From contig CALKVM010000002.1 of NCBI GenBank assembly GCA_938049695.1, positions 3,516 through 67,515 of the forward strand: a DNA stretch of 64,000 nt. The letters run 5' to 3'. This DNA comes from an uncultured Candidatus Nitrosoarchaeum sp. Lineage in GTDB: Archaea > Thermoproteota > Nitrososphaeria > Nitrososphaerales > Nitrosopumilaceae. Below, in pieces: positions 8,662 to 18,480 of the stretch (positions within the stretch are counted from its first letter, which is position 1; each line of letters begins with the position of its first letter). The translations under genes and the position numbers were made by a program. The notes beneath the pieces were generated by a model. That model did not search any database. It was not told the origin of the DNA and saw nothing but the letters and a program-made list of their open reading frames with translations.

Positions 8662-10599
8662 ATGCAAAGAAAACAGCAACAAAAAGAATTACCTCCTAGC
8701 CAAAATATGATGGCCACCATACTGCAAAGTATACCCAAAGAAGCTAAGGTAACAAAAATAGAATATGAAGGACCACGAATTGCTTTGTATACAAATGCCC
8801 CACGTTATCTAATGGAAAACAACGAATTAATTTCGAATCTTGTTAATATAATAAAAAAAAGAATTGTTATACGAACTGATGAATCTATCAGAAAATCAGA
8901 AGAAGATGCAAGAAAAATTCTAGCAGAATGTATTCCAAAAGATGCAAATTTTCAAGGGGCATTCTTTGACACTGCTACAGGCGAAGTCTCAATTGAAGCT
9001 AAAAGACCTTGGTTACTACAAAGAGATGCAAAAGAATTCAATCATGCTGAAATAACTGAAAAAATAGGTTGGAAACTACGTATAAGAAAAGCTACTACCA
9101 TACCATCACGTACTATTCAAACAATAAATGCAACTCTCAAACTCACATCTGCTGAACGAAGTAAGCAATTCAAACAAATTGGAGATGAGATATTTAGACC
9201 TCGACTAGCACAAAAATCTGAAATATCTCTCGTAACTCTTGGTGGCTTTAGCCAAGTAGGACGATCTAGTATGTTATTATCTACTCCTGAAAGTAAAATT
9301 CTAGTAGACTGTGGTATTAATCCTGGCGCAAAACATCCAATGGATTCATTTCCTAGATTAGATTTTCTTGATATTACATTAGATGAACTTGATGCAATAG
9401 TAATTGGTCATGCACATTTAGATCACACTGGATTCTTACCTGCCTTATGCAAATTTGGTTACAAGGGACCAATCTATTGTACTGAACCAACACTCCCAAT
9501 GATGAATCTTATTCAATTAGATGCAATCAAAGTTGCTGCTGCACAAGGTAGAACTCCAATATATTCAGAAAGAGATGTGAAACAAATCATGAAACAGGCA
9601 ATAACTCTACCATATGGCACTGTTACTGATATTTCTCCTGATATTAAACTGGTTTTTGCAAATGCAGGTCATATTCTAGGTTCTGCACTATGTCATTTCC
9701 ACATTGGAAATGGTGATCATAATTTTGTTTATTCTGGTGATATTAAGTTTGGAAAAAGTATTTTGTTTGAAGCAGCAAGCTGGAATTTCCCTAGGGTGGA
9801 AACTTTATTGATTGAAAGCACATATGGTGCAAAAGAAGACATTCAACCAACTAGACAAGAAGTAGAATCTGCTTTCATTAATGCCGTAAACAATACTCTT
9901 GCTGATGGAGGAAAAGTTCTCATTCCTATTCCTGCAGTTGGTCGTGCTCAAGAAATTATGATGGTAATTGATCATTACATGAAATCTGGTGAAATGGTTG
10001 AAGCACCTGTTTTTACAGAAGGTATGATTTCAGAAGCTTCAGCAATTCATGAAGCATATCCTGAATATCTGGCTAGAGAACTAAAACAAAAAATCTTGGA
10101 AACTGATGATAATCCATTTGATTCAGAATACTTTACAAATATTGAACACGCTGATGCAAGAGAAGAGCCAATGAGAGATAACTCACCTTGCATTATTTTG
10201 GCAACATCTGGAATGTTAGAAGGTGGACCAGTTTTAGAATATTTCAAAAATATTGCACCTGATAAAAAGAACAAAGTTTTGTTCGTTTCATATCAGGTTA
10301 ATGGAACCATGGGAAGAAGAGTTTTGGATGGTTCAAAACAAGTTACTATGCTGGGTAAAGAAGGAAAAGTTGAAGTTGTTACAATAAATTGCAGTGTTGA
10401 AAAACTTGATGGATTCAGTGGACATAGTGATTATAACCAACTGATGTCTTTTGTTCAAAGACTTAGACCAAAACTTCGTAGAGTACTTGTAAATCACGGA
10501 GAACGAAGAAAATCAGAAAACTTGGCAATGAATATAAGAAGAATGTTTAGAGTTCCTGCTCATTATCCTCAAGTTCAAGAAGCAATAAAACTATTTTAG
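8662..10599 (+). CDS. beta-CASP ribonuclease aCPSF1 (KH domains plus metallo-beta-lactamase; archaeal termination factor FttA family)
   Basis: HAHLDHTG (MBL motif 2) and beta-CASP blocks (PAVGRAQE, GFSGHSD, VNHGE). Start moved to the ATG at 8662, just after the psmB stop. The track ORF starts at 8623. Confidence 0.9.
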   Translation: MQRKQQQKELPPSQNMMATILQSIPKEAKVTKIEYEGPRIALYTNAPRYLMENNELISNLVNIIKKRIVIRTDESIRKSEEDARKILAECIPKDANFQGAFFDTATGEVSIEAKRPWLLQRDAKEFNHAEITEKIGWKLRIRKATTIPSRTIQTINATLKLTSAERSKQFKQIGDEIFRPRLAQKSEISLVTLGGFSQVGRSSMLLSTPESKILVDCGINPGAKHPMDSFPRLDFLDITLDELDAIVIGHAHLDHTGFLPALCKFGYKGPIYCTEPTLPMMNLIQLDAIKVAAAQGRTPIYSERDVKQIMKQAITLPYGTVTDISPDIKLVFANAGHILGSALCHFHIGNGDHNFVYSGDIKFGKSILFEAASWNFPRVETLLIESTYGAKEDIQPTRQEVESAFINAVNNTLADGGKVLIPIPAVGRAQEIMMVIDHYMKSGEMVEAPVFTEGMISEASAIHEAYPEYLARELKQKILETDDNPFDSEYFTNIEHADAREEPMRDNSPCIILATSGMLEGGPVLEYFKNIAPDKKNKVLFVSYQVNGTMGRRVLDGSKQVTMLGKEGKVEVVTINCSVEKLDGFSGHSDYNQLMSFVQRLRPKLRRVLVNHGERRKSENLAMNIRRMFRVPAHYPQVQEAIKLF

Positions 10600-10869
10600 A
10601 TCGTATTCTGGTTTCCAGATTTTGATACTAGATGGTGCTACAATAATTCTTTCTTCACCTAATCTTGCAATATCCGCACCTTCAGTTTTTGCAATAGAAT
10701 ACAATTCCTCAACTACTTTTCGAAGTTGTTCCACATCTTTTTGAGCCAATGGTGTAACTCTGAGAATTAAAATCATCTCTTTTTTGATGTCTTCTTTTAT
10801 CGAATGAATATCACTAATATCTCGTATAGTGATGGCTTTCAAATAGGTGGGATTTTCTTGTTTTTGCAT
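10591..10869 (-). CDS. SepF-like / DUF552 family small protein
   Basis: A 92-aa protein: YLKAITIRDISDIHSIKEDIKKEMILILRVTPL...DIARLGEERIIVAP. This matches the alpha/beta pattern of archaeal SepF-like proteins. Confidence 0.5.
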   Translation of the reverse strand: MQKQENPTYLKAITIRDISDIHSIKEDIKKEMILILRVTPLAQKDVEQLRKVVEELYSIAKTEGADIARLGEERIIVAPSSIKIWKPEYDLK

Positions 10870-10942
10870 CCTTGAGTAAAATGCGATCTACCCCTTCAAA
10901 AACTCTTCCTTAGTTTTAACTAATTTTAAAAAATTCTCATGC

Positions 10943-11956
10943 CTAAATTCTAAATTTAATGTATGATTCTTCTTCGGCATGCTGTGTAATAATTTCTTCT
11001 TTTGTATTATTCTTATTGATAATAACTGATGCTTGTTCTCCTTTTGGTGCATCTGAATATCTTAAGGTAATAGAAGATGCAAATTTCACATACGCGTCTG
11101 CGTTTTTTCCACGTAAAATTGAAACTGGTCCCATATGATCACGAGCCTGAAATAAAATATCTCCTGGTAACGCAATTGCCTTTATCATTTCGTTTTCATC
11201 TTTATTTCTTCCAACAACAAATTTAGTTTGTTCATCTAATCTGAAATGTCTTCCAATCTTTAACAAATCAACATCATTTATTGTAGGAGTTTCAGTATGT
11301 GCAAACAAATCTTTTGCACGTAATCCAAATGATGGATCAGTTAAAAGACATCCACCACCTGCATTTGGTGGATTTTCAATTCCGTATTTTTTTGCCATAT
11401 CTAATTGCGCTCTTCTAGTTCTTCCTTTAATCATTCCAAGATTTTCTCTTTTGATCAGTCCATTTCTCTCAGGATCTGTTTCTGGAAGTAATGCTGCAGA
11501 TAATGGTCTAACAATTTTTCCTACAAGACCTGATGCTTTTTCAATAGTTCTTAATGCAGGACCATGTTGACTCATTGGTCTTTGTCCCAATACTTCTCCT
11601 GAAATTATAAATTCAGCTCCAATCTCATCCATGTGTTTTTTTGCAGCGTCAAACATCATAGCTCTACAATCTATACATGGATTAAATCCAGAACCAATAC
11701 CATATTTTGGATGTTTTAACATCTCAATGTATTCATCACCAAGATATACTGTTTTTAAATTGACATTAAGATCGTCTGCTCTTTCTCTAATCTCAAAACC
11801 ACAACCTCTACCACAATCAAAATCACAAAAAGGAGTCTTTATTGCAACAGCTGAAACTTCAAAGCCTTGTTCTTGCATCATTCTTATTGCAAGCTGACTA
11901 TCTAAACCACCAGATAGTAAAGCAACTACTTTCTTTTTTTCTTCTGTCACAATCAT
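10943..11956 (-). CDS. PP-loop ATP pyrophosphatase, ThiI-like sulfurtransferase domain protein (no THUMP domain seen)
   Basis: VVALLSGGLDSQLA (the SGGxDS PP-loop), CIDCRAMMF and ISGEVLGQRPMSQ resemble the ThiI C-terminal domain. Start moved to the ATG at 11956. Confidence 0.7.
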   Translation of the reverse strand: MIVTEEKKKVVALLSGGLDSQLAIRMMQEQGFEVSAVAIKTPFCDFDCGRGCGFEIRERADDLNVNLKTVYLGDEYIEMLKHPKYGIGSGFNPCIDCRAMMFDAAKKHMDEIGAEFIISGEVLGQRPMSQHGPALRTIEKASGLVGKIVRPLSAALLPETDPERNGLIKRENLGMIKGRTRRAQLDMAKKYGIENPPNAGGGCLLTDPSFGLRAKDLFAHTETPTINDVDLLKIGRHFRLDEQTKFVVGRNKDENEMIKAIALPGDILFQARDHMGPVSILRGKNADAYVKFASSITLRYSDAPKGEQASVIINKNNTKEEIITQHAEEESYIKFRI

Positions 11957-12024
11957 AAAAATTAAAATTCCAATATACAAACTTTACATCATACATAAAT
12001 TGAGAAACGATATGATATTTTTTT

Positions 12025-13089
12025 GTGAAGGAACGAAGAAAAAATCTTCTCAAATTCGCTCAAAAGATCGACTGTGATACACTAGTCACATTTGAGCCTG
12101 AAAATTTATTTTACATGACTGGATTCTGGGGTGAAGCTATTGGAATGTTGGAAAAAGGTGGAAAAACTACCATAATTGCTCCGGAACTTGAAGTTGGTCG
12201 TGTCAAAGAAGAATCTGAAGACTGTGACATAATTACAGCCGAACGAGGTATGGGCTTAATTTCTTCATTAACTAATAAAATCAAAAAAAAGAAAGTTTGT
12301 ACTGATTGCCAAAATTATTCTATAGTGACATCTCTCAAAAAATCCATCCCTACAATAAAATCATCTACGGAACCATTTTACAATTCTCGTATAATCAAAG
12401 ATGAAAAAGAGATCGATATTCTAAAAAAAGCTTCAAAAATAATTGATGAAATGTATGATATTTGTTATAAAAAAATGAAAGTAGGCCAAAAAGAATCTGA
12501 AATACAAACAATCTTGATGTCATATGCAATGGAGCACAAAATGTTTGATACTGGATACAAGTCTACTCTTAACCCTTTGATTATAGCTGGAGGACCAAAT
12601 GGATCTTTACCACATGCACAAGTAACTGATAGAAAATTCAAAAAAGGAGATCTTGTAGTTGTTGATCTTACATTAAGATATAAAGGATATGTTTCAGATG
12701 CAACCAGAACATTTGCAATTGGAAAAATATCATCTCAGGAAAAACAAGTTTATGAAATTGTAAAAGAATCACAAAAACTTGGATTAGAAGCTGTTAAACC
12801 AAATGTAGATTGTAAAGATGTAGATTTTGCATGTAGAAAATATATTGATGAACAAAACTATGGGCAATATTTTATTCATTCAACAGGTCATGGTATAGGA
12901 CTAGAAGTTCATGAGTTACCTACTATTTCATACAGAAGCGATACCAAACTAAAAGAAAATATGGCAATTACAGTAGAACCTGGAATCTACATACCAAATA
13001 AATTTGGAGTTAGAATTGAAGATTCTTTAATTGTAAAAGATAAATCCATTATTCTACACAAATTTACAAAAGATCTAATTACTATCTAA
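12025..13089 (+). CDS. M24 family Xaa-Pro aminopeptidase/dipeptidase
   Basis: DLTLRYKGYVSDATRTF, HSTGHGIGLEVHE and EPGIY are M24B metal-ligand blocks. Confidence 0.85.
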   Translation: MKERRKNLLKFAQKIDCDTLVTFEPENLFYMTGFWGEAIGMLEKGGKTTIIAPELEVGRVKEESEDCDIITAERGMGLISSLTNKIKKKKVCTDCQNYSIVTSLKKSIPTIKSSTEPFYNSRIIKDEKEIDILKKASKIIDEMYDICYKKMKVGQKESEIQTILMSYAMEHKMFDTGYKSTLNPLIIAGGPNGSLPHAQVTDRKFKKGDLVVVDLTLRYKGYVSDATRTFAIGKISSQEKQVYEIVKESQKLGLEAVKPNVDCKDVDFACRKYIDEQNYGQYFIHSTGHGIGLEVHELPTISYRSDTKLKENMAITVEPGIYIPNKFGVRIEDSLIVKDKSIILHKFTKDLITI

Positions 13090-13091
13090 TT

Positions 13092-13586
13092 TTAATCATA
13101 ATAGTTTACAATATCAATCACATGTTTTGCATTTGAATTTTTAGCCTCGATTTCTTTTGTATCTTGATTTACATTCCAAACATACTCTGTCTTTCCTTTA
13201 TAGGATTCAAATGTCAAAATCACTTTGTAAATATTTTCAGTAGATTCATCTGCACTAGAAACAACAAGATCTACTTTTGTCTTTTTATTATCATATATTT
13301 TTTCATTAGGATAATCGGTTGCAATTTGTTCAGTTATAGAATTCATTACAGTTAATCCTTTTTCATTTGGACCATTATACGACATTAAAATTTCCACAAT
13401 TTCTTTTTGTTTATCTGTTAAATTATCTGGAAAACTACTTTGTAAATCACCTTTTGTTAATTCTGGAACTACAAAAATCACAAATATTGCTATTATGCCT
13501 AGATAAATTGGGGCTCTATTTTTTAGAAATGCCTTAAAATCTGATTTTTTTGGTTTTCTTTCTTTCTTTTTGTTATCTTTGTCCAT
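13092..13586 (-). CDS. membrane-anchored hypothetical protein
   Basis: Lys-rich N-terminus, one TM helix (IYLGIIAIFVIFVV), and a soluble domain with no recognisable motif. Confidence 0.5.
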   Translation of the reverse strand: MDKDNKKKERKPKKSDFKAFLKNRAPIYLGIIAIFVIFVVPELTKGDLQSSFPDNLTDKQKEIVEILMSYNGPNEKGLTVMNSITEQIATDYPNEKIYDNKKTKVDLVVSSADESTENIYKVILTFESYKGKTEYVWNVNQDTKEIEAKNSNAKHVIDIVNYYD

Positions 13587-13605
13587 TTTATTTCCTTGTT
13601 ATCAA

Positions 13606-14451
13606 TTAGTATTTTGCAGTTAAAATTAAAACTTGCCAAGGAAATACAATCATCCCATTTTTTTTAGTATGTGGAATGGTATTTTGTTTGACTACTTGTT
13701 TCAATTCTTTTCTTTTAGATGTATTTAGTGAATTTAATTTTTCTTTGAGTGGTTTGGCAATGTATTTTAGATAATTTCCCCAATAATCATCAAAGTTTCC
13801 TGGACTATAACTAAAAGTAAAATCCTTTATTGAAATTTTTGAGAATCCTGCCTTTCTAACTTCGTTATCTAACGTACTTTTTGTTCCAAATCTATCCATA
13901 TTAGGTGAACCAGGTGGTACATAATCTGGAATAAATTCTGTTATGGCATCTAAAATATTACTAAAAAATGGCACTTTATCCTTATGACCATGAACCGATA
14001 TTCCAAGTGTTCCTGTTTTTTTGAGGCTATTTCTAATGTTTTTTAATGCGTTTTGTGCATTAGGGAAAAAAAATAATGCATACTGGCATGTTGCAATATC
14101 AAATTTATGAGAAAAACTAAATTTTTCAGCATCAATATTTACAAAATCTAAATTAGATTTTGCACCATTCCATTTCTTTGCAATTTTAATTGCAGTAACT
14201 GACGCATCTGCTCCAACAACGTATCCTGAATTTCCAACTTTATCTCTAATTTTTTTTGTGACTACTCCAGTACCACATGCAAGATCTAAGACACTATTGC
14301 CTTTACTTACATTAACTAGATGAACTAATTTAGAGGTACTCTGAAATGGACCTTCATTAACACTTGCCCATCTTTTATGGTATCGTGGTGCTATTTCATT
14401 CCATATTTTCATATTTCTTTGCTTATACTCTGTATGATTGAATTTCACCAT
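13606..14451 (-). CDS. class I SAM-dependent methyltransferase
   Basis: VLDLACGTGVVT (motif I) and a downstream acidic motif II. Confidence 0.8.
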   Translation of the reverse strand: MVKFNHTEYKQRNMKIWNEIAPRYHKRWASVNEGPFQSTSKLVHLVNVSKGNSVLDLACGTGVVTKKIRDKVGNSGYVVGADASVTAIKIAKKWNGAKSNLDFVNIDAEKFSFSHKFDIATCQYALFFFPNAQNALKNIRNSLKKTGTLGISVHGHKDKVPFFSNILDAITEFIPDYVPPGSPNMDRFGTKSTLDNEVRKAGFSKISIKDFTFSYSPGNFDDYWGNYLKYIAKPLKEKLNSLNTSKRKELKQVVKQNTIPHTKKNGMIVFPWQVLILTAKY

Positions 14452-14475
14452 GTCTTTGTTAACTCATGATGTATT

Positions 14476-14643
14476 TTATGTAATCTCTTTAAAATCCGAT
14501 TGAAGTGTTCTTCCTGTTTCATGAAAATATTTATGTTCAATTTCTTTTAATTTTTCTGATATTTTTTTATTTTTTGCTTTTTTTATCTTTAATTTAATTT
14601 CTTTATATTCAGCAACAAGTTTTCTCATTTCAGATTTTTTCAT
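14476..14643 (-). CDS. possible 55-aa Lys-rich coiled-coil small protein
   Basis: Hand-translated: MKKSEMRKLVAEYKEIKLKIKKAKNKKISEKLKEIEHKYFHETGRTLQSDFKEIT. It starts 1 nt downstream of the coaBC stop on the same strand. Low-complexity sequence, so weak. Confidence 0.25.
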   Translation of the reverse strand: MKKSEMRKLVAEYKEIKLKIKKAKNKKISEKLKEIEHKYFHETGRTLQSDFKEIT

Positions 14644-14644
14644 T

Positions 14645-15937
14645 TCAAATTTTTAACTGCTGTTCAATTTCTTTTCTAATAAATTTAGCAATTTTTTCTT
14701 TTTTCATCCACTTTGAAGAAATTACTTTATGTGAATTTATAATTAATACTTCATTACTTTCAGGATTCTTCCTATATCTAATTGAGCCGATATCGTTTGC
14801 CACGATCATATCTGCAGATGATTCATTCATTTTTTTCTTAGCTGATATGATCAACTCTTTTTTTGAAAGATTTGTCTCTGCTTTGAAACCAACCAAAAAA
14901 ACATTTTTTTGATATCTTTTAATCTGATTAATGATTTTTGGTGTCTTTTTGAGGCTAATTTTTATTTTATTTTTGGTACTTTTTATTTTGTTTTTACTAG
15001 TATTTTCTGGAGTATAATCTGATACTGCAGCTGCCATTATTACTATGTCGAATTTTTTACGCATTTCTTTTTTTACAACATTAAACATTTCTTTGCTTGT
15101 AGAAATTTTAATTATTTTTGCACCTTTTGGTGGTTTTTCAATTCCAGGACCATAAACTAAAGTAACTCTAGCTCCTGAGGAAATTAATTCCGAAGCTAAC
15201 AATATTCCAGTTTTTCCTGAACTTTGATTTGTAATTATGCGAATAGGATCAATATATTCAATTGTTGGTCCTGCAGTAATTAACACTTTTTTATTTTTTA
15301 AAATAGATGAAAATCCAAATTTTCTTAACACATATTCCAAAACATCTTCTGGTTCAGATGCTTTTGCTTTTCCTTCAATCATATGTGGTGTTAGAAATTC
15401 AATTTTATTTTTTAAAAAATCTATATTCTTTTTTACAGCTGCATTATCATACATAGATGCATGCATAGCAAGACACATCAAAATTGGAATCTTTGAGCCA
15501 AATCCTACTGTAAGAACTGTAGATATTGGTGTATCATCAATACCATTAGCTAATTTTCCAAGTGTATTTGCAGTAGCTGGATAAACTATGATAAGATCTG
15601 ATTGATTATAATCTGCTAATCTAATATGTTCTAATTCTCCTGTTAATTTCGTTATAACTTCATTTCCAGTTGCCCACTTGAAATAATCTGGCTGTACGAG
15701 TTTTGTGACTGCATTACTTGTAACACATGTAACATCAGCACCATGTCTCATTAGTAATCTTGCTAACTCAATTGCTTTGTATGCTGCAACACTTCCTGCA
15801 ACACAAAGAACAATTTTTCTCTCAGAGAGCTCAACACCATAAGAACCTACAATATCTAATGAAGGGTGATTCTTTTTCTTGATAATTATCTTTTTAACTG
15901 CCAATTTGCTCTCGTAATTTTTTAAATTCATCATCAT
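14645..15937 (-). CDS. coaBC: bifunctional phosphopantothenoylcysteine decarboxylase / phosphopantothenate-cysteine ligase
   Basis: IVLCVAGSVAAYKAIELAR (flavoprotein domain), PATANTLGK, and C-terminal ligase blocks (ITAGPT, AAAVSDY). The predicted start overlaps the panB 3' end. Confidence 0.85.
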   Translation of the reverse strand: MMMNLKNYESKLAVKKIIIKKKNHPSLDIVGSYGVELSERKIVLCVAGSVAAYKAIELARLLMRHGADVTCVTSNAVTKLVQPDYFKWATGNEVITKLTGELEHIRLADYNQSDLIIVYPATANTLGKLANGIDDTPISTVLTVGFGSKIPILMCLAMHASMYDNAAVKKNIDFLKNKIEFLTPHMIEGKAKASEPEDVLEYVLRKFGFSSILKNKKVLITAGPTIEYIDPIRIITNQSSGKTGILLASELISSGARVTLVYGPGIEKPPKGAKIIKISTSKEMFNVVKKEMRKKFDIVIMAAAVSDYTPENTSKNKIKSTKNKIKISLKKTPKIINQIKRYQKNVFLVGFKAETNLSKKELIISAKKKMNESSADMIVANDIGSIRYRKNPESNEVLIINSHKVISSKWMKKEKIAKFIRKEIEQQLKI

Positions 15938-16733
15938 CCATTGAAAACCAATTCTCTTGAGCAGGAAACATGCCTAATTCTACATCCTTTTTATAATTTT
16001 CAAGCGCTTTTACAATATCCTCAGATAAATTCAAGTATCTTTTTGCAAATCTTGGTTTAATTTTTTCAAACATACCCAATAAATCTTGCACAACTAATAT
16101 CTGACCATTACAACCAACACCAGAACCAATTCCAATAGTAGGTACACTAACAGTTTCAGAAATTATTTGTGCAACTTCATGACTTATCATTTCTAATGTA
16201 ATACTGAATACACCTGCTTCTTCAAGCTCTTTTGCATCTTCGATTAATTTTATTGCAGTATCTTTTGTTCTTCCTTGTACTTTGTATCCTTCTGATAACA
16301 TTGTTGTTTGTGGTTGTAAACCAATGTGACCCATTACTGGAATTCCAACATCTACAATTGCACTGATCGTTTCTGATATGGAAATTCCACCCTCAAGCTT
16401 GACTGCATCAGCTCCTGCTTTTATTAACCTTCCAGAATTTTTTATTGCATCTTCAATACTTGCTTGATATGACATAAATGGTAAATCTGCAACCAGTAAA
16501 GCATTTTTTCTTGCTCTACTAACTGCTTCAGTAAATATACACATTTGATCCATTGTTACAGGAATAGTGTTTTCATAACCAAGCATTACCATTCCTGCAC
16601 TATCTCCAACAAGTAGTATATCTATTCCAGATTTATCGCATAATGATGCAAGTGTATAGTCATAACTTGTAATTGCTGAGATCTTTTTCCCTTCTTTTTT
16701 CATTTTAATAATATCGTAAACTGATTTATGCAA
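15894..16733 (-). CDS. panB: 3-methyl-2-oxobutanoate hydroxymethyltransferase (ketopantoate hydroxymethyltransferase)
   Basis: ITSYDY, LLVGDSAGMV, VADLPFMSY, VKLEGG and GHIGLQPQ are canonical PanB blocks. Confidence 0.9.
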   Translation of the reverse strand: MHKSVYDIIKMKKEGKKISAITSYDYTLASLCDKSGIDILLVGDSAGMVMLGYENTIPVTMDQMCIFTEAVSRARKNALLVADLPFMSYQASIEDAIKNSGRLIKAGADAVKLEGGISISETISAIVDVGIPVMGHIGLQPQTTMLSEGYKVQGRTKDTAIKLIEDAKELEEAGVFSITLEMISHEVAQIISETVSVPTIGIGSGVGCNGQILVVQDLLGMFEKIKPRFAKRYLNLSEDIVKALENYKKDVELGMFPAQENWFSMDDDEFKKLREQIGS

Positions 16734-17496
16734 TATGTGACCTCTTTGTTAGATTATCTCTAATTTCAATAATGTTATCTGAGAGATTTTTTTTGTTATT
16801 AAAGTCCTTAACAATTTTTCCAAGTATTTTCTTATTTTTGTTTGATAATTTTTTACATGTTATAGTTAACAAATCTATTGCTCGTGTAACGTTATCTACT
16901 ATTGTTATGTTGGCAGTTTGTGAAGTTCTTGAAAGCGGATTTAGATCAAATGTTATGACTATTTTTCCCGATCTTCTTAATGCCATAGTTCTATCCCCAT
17001 CTTCTAATGGAACAATCACGACATCTGCTGTAAAAATCCCATTTTTATCAACTATTCTTCTTGCTGAATCCAGTCCTGATAATGTAGTTGATGAATTACG
17101 ATTTATACCTAAAATCTCCTTTGCACCACTCTTTTTGAGGATCTTTACGATATTCTGCTTTCGTTTCTCATTTGCATAAAACAGATTTACTTCAATTTTT
17201 GCCCTTGATGTATTGGCAAGCCTGACTATTTCTTTTGGACATAATGCAGCAATATTGCCATTGACAGAGATTACAGGTAAATCTGCTAAAAGAATTTGTG
17301 CAGCAGCTGCTTTGATTGCTAGTTTTGCAGTCTTGTTTGTTTTTTCACCAAGTAAATAATCAAAAGCTTCGCCTCTACCATGTGCTAAGAGACCTTCTTT
17401 AGCTACTAATCCATGATCAAATCCAGTAACAAGTTTTTCTCGAATTAAAAGAGACTTTACTCTAGGATGAGATTTTGGAATTAAAGACATTAACAT
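16726..17496 (-). CDS. archaeal phosphopantothenate synthetase (4-phosphopantoate--beta-alanine ligase)
   Basis: HPRVKSLLIREKL...GLLAHGRGEAFDYLLGEKT is the conserved N-terminus of the archaeal PPS (COG1701) family. Neighbours are pantoate kinase and panB. Confidence 0.78.
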   Translation of the reverse strand: MLMSLIPKSHPRVKSLLIREKLVTGFDHGLVAKEGLLAHGRGEAFDYLLGEKTNKTAKLAIKAAAAQILLADLPVISVNGNIAALCPKEIVRLANTSRAKIEVNLFYANEKRKQNIVKILKKSGAKEILGINRNSSTTLSGLDSARRIVDKNGIFTADVVIVPLEDGDRTMALRRSGKIVITFDLNPLSRTSQTANITIVDNVTRAIDLLTITCKKLSNKNKKILGKIVKDFNNKKNLSDNIIEIRDNLTKRSHIA

Positions 17497-17500
17497 TCAA

Positions 17501-18415
17501 TTAATTACTGAGTACTCTTGCTCCCTGATTATCTAATTCTGATCTTATAATTATTCCTTCAGGATACTTTTCTAAAATTTGTAAAACATGATTTTCTTTT
17601 TCTTTTGGTATCATTGTAAATACAGTTTCACCAAATAGTGCAACACCACATTTTATTCCATTTGAAGCTAATTCTTGAATTAAATTTTCCATTCTTAAAG
17701 TCATTACTTGAACATATTTTGCAAATTCCAAAGACATATCCTGAAAATGTTCATAGTTCTTTGATTCTAATAGCCTATTTACCATTTTTCCACCAAGACC
17801 ATTAATTTGAGAAAGACGTTCTTTGATGAACTTATTTGTTGAAATTGGTGAAAAACAAATCATAATTATAGAAATATCTTTTATGTTTATTTTTTCTACT
17901 TGACCTATTCCTGGTGCTCCTGGTTTAATTCTTATTTCAAAACCACCATGATATGATGCCAAAACATCACCCAACCCTGTCTTGCAATTTATCTCAGCAT
18001 TATGTGCAATCTGACCAATGATTGTCGGTTCTAATCTTGTTTTAAGAACATGATCTAGTGCATATGATAATGACAATGCAACAGCACTGCTAGAACCTAA
18101 ACCATATCCAACTGGTATGGTGATCTCATGCTGAATATCAAAAAATATATTTTCAAAATTTCCGAGCTTTAAAAATTCATTTAATACATATTCTGAAACA
18201 TCGGTCTTATCTGATTGATAACCTATAGTAGTAATTTTAAAGTTAGAATTTTGATCAATTTTAGGTAAAATATTGATATGAGTAGTAACGCCTTCTCTAA
18301 TTGAAAATCCTGCTCCCATAGAACCTAATTTTTCAGGGTTTTTTTGATTATCTTTCTCTAAGTAAGCTTTGAAAAAACCTGTAATATGTGCAGGACAAAA
18401 TGCAGTTGCCTCCAT
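17501..18415 (-). CDS. archaeal pantoate kinase (GHMP kinase superfamily)
   Basis: AFCPAHITGFF N-terminus, a GHMP motif (PVGYGLGSSSAVAL), and operon context with PPS. Confidence 0.75.
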   Translation of the reverse strand: MEATAFCPAHITGFFKAYLEKDNQKNPEKLGSMGAGFSIREGVTTHINILPKIDQNSNFKITTIGYQSDKTDVSEYVLNEFLKLGNFENIFFDIQHEITIPVGYGLGSSSAVALSLSYALDHVLKTRLEPTIIGQIAHNAEINCKTGLGDVLASYHGGFEIRIKPGAPGIGQVEKINIKDISIIMICFSPISTNKFIKERLSQINGLGGKMVNRLLESKNYEHFQDMSLEFAKYVQVMTLRMENLIQELASNGIKCGVALFGETVFTMIPKEKENHVLQILEKYPEGIIIRSELDNQGARVLSN

Positions 18416-18480
18416 TGATCTCAGTTTAAATTTTACATAAAATATAAGAATATGGCTTAAATTAATTAAATTAGTATAAA

